This document shows positions 58,941 through 64,000 of a stretch of DNA of 64,000 nucleotides, piece by piece; the stretch's first letter is position 1, and every line of letters begins with the position of its first letter. The notes below the pieces were generated by a model. That model was not told where the DNA came from. It made no database searches and saw only the letters and a program-made list of their open reading frames with translations. A program made the position numbers and the translations under genes. This stretch comes from an uncultured virus (IMG/VR IMGVR_UViG_3300021405_000011). Its lineage: Duplodnaviria; Heunggongvirae; Uroviricota; Caudoviricetes. The stretch lies in the IMG/VR virus record IMGVR_UViG_3300021405_000011; one strand, given 5' to 3'.

Positions 58941-61142
58941 CGTCCTACCTTCCCTCCATTCTTCCCATTTGTCCCCGCGATATATCCCAGCCACCTGTCA
59001 TACTTAAACGCACTGTTCTGACTCTTACAGAAGTCAGCCAGCATCTCTATCGCTGCTGGTGTCAGTGCCTCATGTGCGCGGTTAGGGTGACTAGTTTTGC
59101 GATTGAACTCTCGAATCGCATCCGCCAGAGCTATTAACACTTTCTTTGTCATTCTTTCCTCCCTATGGCCGGACAGCCGATGATGCCCAATGGATACCCA
59201 TAGCTACCAATACTATACTAACTATACCTATTACTACTATAGTAGATATAGCTATAGTTCCATTTAATACTGACAATCTCTGTTCCCGTTCGCTCAACTC
59301 ACCCCTCCATCTCTGGTCACTAACCCAACTTCCCTATCGAATGGCCCTACAACTACAGTACCGATATCCCCATTCCAATGGATATCCACAATACTGGACC
59401 TCAAGTGTTTCTTTACTTCCTTCAACAATGACCTCTCGTCAATCACCCTCACCCGGCCACTGTATTTATCCCTCCCCACCTCAATTAAGTTATAAGATTG
59501 CATCCTTTAGCTCCTCCTTCTTCCGCCAAGTACCGGGACGTTTCAGGCCAATTGTTCCGTCGGCTAACTCATACCGAAGGAATTTCTGACCTAGCCGTGT
59601 CACGACCTCACCCTTTTTAACCTGTTCCACGGTCCCATCATCGGCAATGACCTCGTACTTTATTCGTGGTCTACTCATATAAGATATTTACCTCTCTTTT
59701 GTCAATACGAATATACAGATGCTCCAAAGTATCCACACGATTCAACTCGTGAACACTCCCTTGGATACCCTCAACCACGAGGATACCCACAGTAGGATTC
59801 ACTTTACCTTCCCCCCTCGTTCTCCCACCTCTCCACGTCCTCATCCTCCTTATCAATAATCGTCAACCGCATCCGCCCCCGCTTCTCCCATCAACTCAAT
59901 GGCCCTCGCAATCCCGCCACCTGAGATAATGGACTCCCCTATCCCCACACCAAAATGGATAAGGACCTTCATCAAAGCGGTCCCAGCCACTACCGCCGCC
60001 GCAAGAACGAAGTACCACAACAAGAAACGGTACAGTTTCTTGTTCATTCTAATGACTTTATACTTTGCCTTGAACTTTGTCCCCATTCTCCCTTTTACCT
60101 CTCTCCCTCTCCACGAGAGTCGAAATGGTGAACACTATCTCTCCCACAACCATAGCAATCACCGTTATCCTCGATACCAGTTCTTCCAGTAGCCCCGGTA
60201 TTCCTTCATTCATGTCCAATAGCCACATGTTTCCCTCCCTTCGGTATGGGCTCCTCTACGTCCCATGTCGGGTACTTTTCAAATAGCCGACTGGCAGGCG
60301 GCAACATAATCGCCACATTCTCATGGTCCGCCCTCAAGAAAGCGTCCGCAAACGCTCTCAGAAAGTGTCCACTCTCATGTGGATGACCATTGACCACGTT
60401 ACGTGCCCAACGGTAGACGACATATTCGTTTACCATTTCACCCTCCTCATAGTGACCGCCAACCCAAAAAAGATAACCGTCACTATCACTAACATATCCA
60501 TCGGCATAGGCTCACCGGCTCCTTGCGATTAGGGCACGTTTGGCCTGCTCCAACTGAGCATTCCTCACGTCTCCAATAGGCACGGTCGTATTCCAAACCA
60601 TACTGCTATCGCGTGTGTCTACCACGTCCAAATACACACTGTCATTCGGACCTACGATAGTTCGTGTCTGAATATGCTGCCGTGTCTCAAAGTGCGACTT
60701 CACTTGTTCCATTTTATTCCTCCTTGTAACCTTTTGTTACATTGATGTACCTATGAATAATCCACATAGGATGCATCCCGACACGGTTAAGATTCACGTC
60801 CCTAACCGTGTGAAGCTGAACCCTAAACTGTCTGGGGAACTGTTACCGTCCTACTCGACCTCTCCACATGCGGCCCAAAATACTTGAGATTAACGTTAGG
60901 AACGTAGTAGACCGTGTGCTGCTCATACCCCATCGAATGTCCCAATTGGGTATCAATACACGTAATGATTAACGTATCCGCTTCCGTCCTCCACGTTGTA
61001 TTGGCCAGAGGGAACAGTATGGGCAACCGTCCTATAATCTCTAGCCTCAAAAATTGCTGTTCCATCCATCTCTCTCCCGAGTTCCACTATCCATGAGTTA
61101 GAACTCCTTAATCTCACTCTCAACGAATGAGATTACAGCGGT

Positions 61143-61550
61143 CTAACGAATGAATCCCAAATCCATCAATAATCCCATCGGCATGTGACCGGCGTTCTTA
61201 GCGATATTGCTATAATTCCCTATCGCCTTCTTAGCTATCGTGGACTCCGATATCCCCGGCACTATCTCATCCGCGAATTTCCACGCTTCTTTCTCCGCTA
61301 CCAACGTGTCATTCGCTGAGGAATGATATCTCCCGCTATTCATCGCCGCCGGGGTCTCTAGTATCCTTCCCACAAAATGCCCCAACTCGTGAGCAAGGAC
61401 AGCGGGAGTATTATCCTCTCCCGACCTCTCCTTATCCCCTTTGGGATTCAGGACAATCTTGTAATCTCCCGTCACATTGTCCCTTTTTGTGAAGCTAGAC
61501 TTAGTGGAATCCTCGTCTATCCACACTTCCAACGTTCCCAATTTCCTCAT
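61143..61550 (-). CDS. HExxH zinc metallopeptidase (ImmA/IrrE-like), copy 1
   Basis: LAHELGH ... E.EAW. Confidence 0.7.
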   Translation of the reverse strand: MRKLGTLEVWIDEDSTKSSFTKRDNVTGDYKIVLNPKGDKERSGEDNTPAVLAHELGHFVGRILETPAAMNSGRYHSSANDTLVAEKEAWKFADEIVPGISESTIAKKAIGNYSNIAKNAGHMPMGLLMDLGFIR

Positions 61551-61634
61551 CCATATTCTCCCTTGAGACTCCCTATTCCTCTAGGCGACTCTCCTTAGAG
61601 ACACTGTTATCCAAACCAATGTCCCTACAGCGGG

Positions 61635-62051
61635 TCACTTAAAATTATCACTCGCGTCTTCCATCAACGCATCCGCTCCCCATTCCTTCATCCCCTCCAG
61701 AAAGTCATTCATGGGTTCGGTATACACCGGCCTCTTGACAATCCCCGGTACAATCTTCTCCGAGAATCCCCACGCCTCTTTCTCCGCAGCATATTGCTGA
61801 CCTAACGTGGTAGTGGGCAATCCACTCCGTTCAGAGATAGGCGTCCTGAACAAATGCGCCACAACATGCCCCAACTCGTGTGCGAATATGTCTTCGGTAT
61901 CCTTCCCTGCACTACCAAACGCCTTGTCAGCGTTAGGCCGCAGATAAATCTCAAATGTGTTACTGTCCGTCTGCCAATGCGTGTAAGAGCTTCCATCTCC
62001 CTTACCCGCATCTTTGTCCAGGAACACCTTGATTAAAGCTATTTGTTCCAT
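61635..62051 (-). CDS. HExxH zinc metallopeptidase (ImmA/IrrE-like), copy 2
   Basis: FAHELGH ... E.EAW. GGGAG RBS before ATG 62051. Confidence 0.7.
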   Translation of the reverse strand: MEQIALIKVFLDKDAGKGDGSSYTHWQTDSNTFEIYLRPNADKAFGSAGKDTEDIFAHELGHVVAHLFRTPISERSGLPTTTLGQQYAAEKEAWGFSEKIVPGIVKRPVYTEPMNDFLEGMKEWGADALMEDASDNFK

Positions 62052-62194
62052 AACTATCTCCCTGAGACATAATGTAAGTCTCATATAGTACACTCGCACT
62101 GAATGTACTATCTGTGAATCACATATATATCCGGTAATACGCCAACGCAGCGTACCCAGCGACTAACCACCAAAACACTCGTTTCAAAATAGAC

Positions 62195-62533
62195 TCAGCA
62201 CGTTCCGTCGTCATGGCAATTCCTCCCTATCCATTCCGTCCCCACATAAGCCGGACTAGGATAATCCCGTTTAGGCGAATCACTAGGATTCACCCAACCA
62301 TGGTTAACCTCATGTGTCACCTGATGAACTGGACACGCCGCTTGCATCCCTACAATCGTTGGATACAATCGTCTCGCCACAAACTCCGCGTAGAACTCCG
62401 GCCACGAGACATTCTCCCTATTAATCTCATCCACTGAACGTCCCTCAGCCTTCATGTTCTCCACAAGGTTATGATGAGCCTTCCCAGCCTCAATCAACGC
62501 CGACTCGATAGCCAGCTTCAAACTAGTTTCCAT
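62195..62533 (-). CDS. Hypothetical protein
   Basis: GGGAG RBS, A.KAHH ... WPEFYA motif. Confidence 0.55.
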   Translation of the reverse strand: METSLKLAIESALIEAGKAHHNLVENMKAEGRSVDEINRENVSWPEFYAEFVARRLYPTIVGMQAACPVHQVTHEVNHGWVNPSDSPKRDYPSPAYVGTEWIGRNCHDDGTC

Positions 62534-63033
62534 ATCTATCTCCCTCTAGACTCCCTACAAAGCGAGTCTCCCCACGTCCCCTCACTTGGACAGCCATACA
62601 GGCGACGGCATGAATAATCGTCCCGTTATTACTAGCGCTCACTGATATGGCCATCCAAGAGAAGGGACGTGTAGCGAATCACTTTAACTGTGAAAGTTAT
62701 CCCTATAGGCGTCGCGGTAATCCACCGCATCGTCCACGTCCTCCACGTCCCCACTCCCATCGTCATCCGGGTCCGGTCTAGCAGAGCGTAATCTCTCAAT
62801 CACTCTCTCCCACCACCCCTTACTTGCTTCCGTATAACTCATAGACCTCAATCCCTTCCGTTCCATACATGAGAATCACGCCTATCACCGATACCGCTAT
62901 TCCTCCCAGTACCAGCAACGCGCTACCCTCCAATATGGAGACTATCCATGTTGGCATATACTCTCCCGAATGTCACCACGAAATATAAGTAACACTCATA
63001 CTACCCACTAATTTCTAATGGGCAGTCTGCGGA

Positions 63034-63348
63034 TTACTTAACCGTATTCGTCAATTTATCCAGAGTGTGACCTTCAAAGTAACGGTCACGTTCAATCTTG
63101 AGTCCCCCAGGTCCCCTCACTGACTCCAATTCAGACAGCAGAAAGTTCCCCAGTTCCTTTTCGTGTCCTTCCACCAATCCAAAGAACTCCCAATCCCCAT
63201 TGACCTTATTCCCCTCCACCGCGTACCACGTCCAATAACTCCACGGTGTGAAGAATTTAACTATCACTGGGACAGGATTCACCTTCTCAGTGGAATACAG
63301 CGGAGACTTGAGTAACTTACTCTCAATCTCCTTGGTAATCATTTGCAT
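63034..63348 (-). CDS. DUF2958-like protein
   Basis: VKFFTPW..WTW ... FGL ... ELG...LSEL..VRGP.GL.IERD.YF. Confidence 0.8.
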   Translation of the reverse strand: MQMITKEIESKLLKSPLYSTEKVNPVPVIVKFFTPWSYWTWYAVEGNKVNGDWEFFGLVEGHEKELGNFLLSELESVRGPGGLKIERDRYFEGHTLDKLTNTVK

Positions 63349-64000
63349 AATCACTCTCCCGAGACTAAGTAAGTCCCACAGTGAGCACTCTCCCCGAATG
63401 CCCACGAGCGAATCACTTATTCGCAATATAACTCGCACATACTGGAGCATGTAACTCCGTTGTAGCGTCACCCTCGTTTGCCAGAAGATAGTAATACCTC
63501 TCCCCATCCCCTAAACTCTCTTGGATATACACTGGCTTCCCTTGTTTAGCATGTTCGATAGCCAAGTTAAGGGCAATCTTATCCCTCTTCCAAGCCACCT
63601 TATCCAAGGTTAGAGACTTAACCTTCCTATACTCCCGGCGACACGCTAATAACTCCTCTAACGTCGCCTGTCTCATTCCTTCCACTACTCACCTCCCATC
63701 ACCCTAACGTAAGTGATTTCAGAGAGGCACTGTCTCCAGTGCCCTACTGGAATAACTTACCTCTTGCGCGGTCCCAAATCTTCCCACGGTCCAAACTTCC
63801 CCGCACCGGGAAGAATCTCCCGCCGCCAGTTGTGATTGTCACAACTCACGGTTTCTTGATATCTCACATCCTCCGCAATCTTCGGAACAGGCCGCTCTGA
63901 TAATTCCTTCAACGCGGCCACAACTCCCGCCGACTGCAATTGCTCCAATTTCTCCGTCGTTGCTGTCTTCGTTTCCATAATTCTCCTTGATACTTATAGA

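Noticed and set aside
59200..59262. TACTA/CTATA low-complexity repeat (also near 19290)
   Set aside because: Explained by Ile/Val/Leu/Tyr codons of hydrophobic segments.

Overview
The window is about 64 kb of an apparent tailed dsDNA phage (or prophage) genome with podovirus-like organisation. The + strand (1-39.6 kb) holds a partial portal gene, small head proteins, scaffold, major capsid, adaptor, tail nozzle, three Pro/Gln-rich ejection-type proteins, a 15 kb block of fibre/spike/lyase-like proteins, and a lysis region (M15 endolysin, class-3 lipase, lipoprotein, papain-like protease). The - strand (39.6-64 kb) holds a family A DNA polymerase, a UDG-like protein, an SSB/Sak4/PD-(D/E)XK recombination module, NADAR and many small early genes. 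One inverted RepA-type helicase gene is followed by an iteron-like origin. No terminase, integrase, canonical tRNA or CRISPR was seen. Most notable: (1) eight genes, mostly fibre/spike/lyase-like, carry Sec-type signal peptides, usually cleaving before Gln; (2) a ~1 kb non-coding array of stem-closed, multi-branched RNA modules; (3) a shared F-x-[KRN]-I-G peptide on small head proteins, portal and ejection proteins; (4) a circularly permuted Cas4/AddB-like nuclease; (5) a -1 frameshift signal with pseudoknot in a small non-structural gene. All calls are by eye from motifs and synteny, with no searches run.
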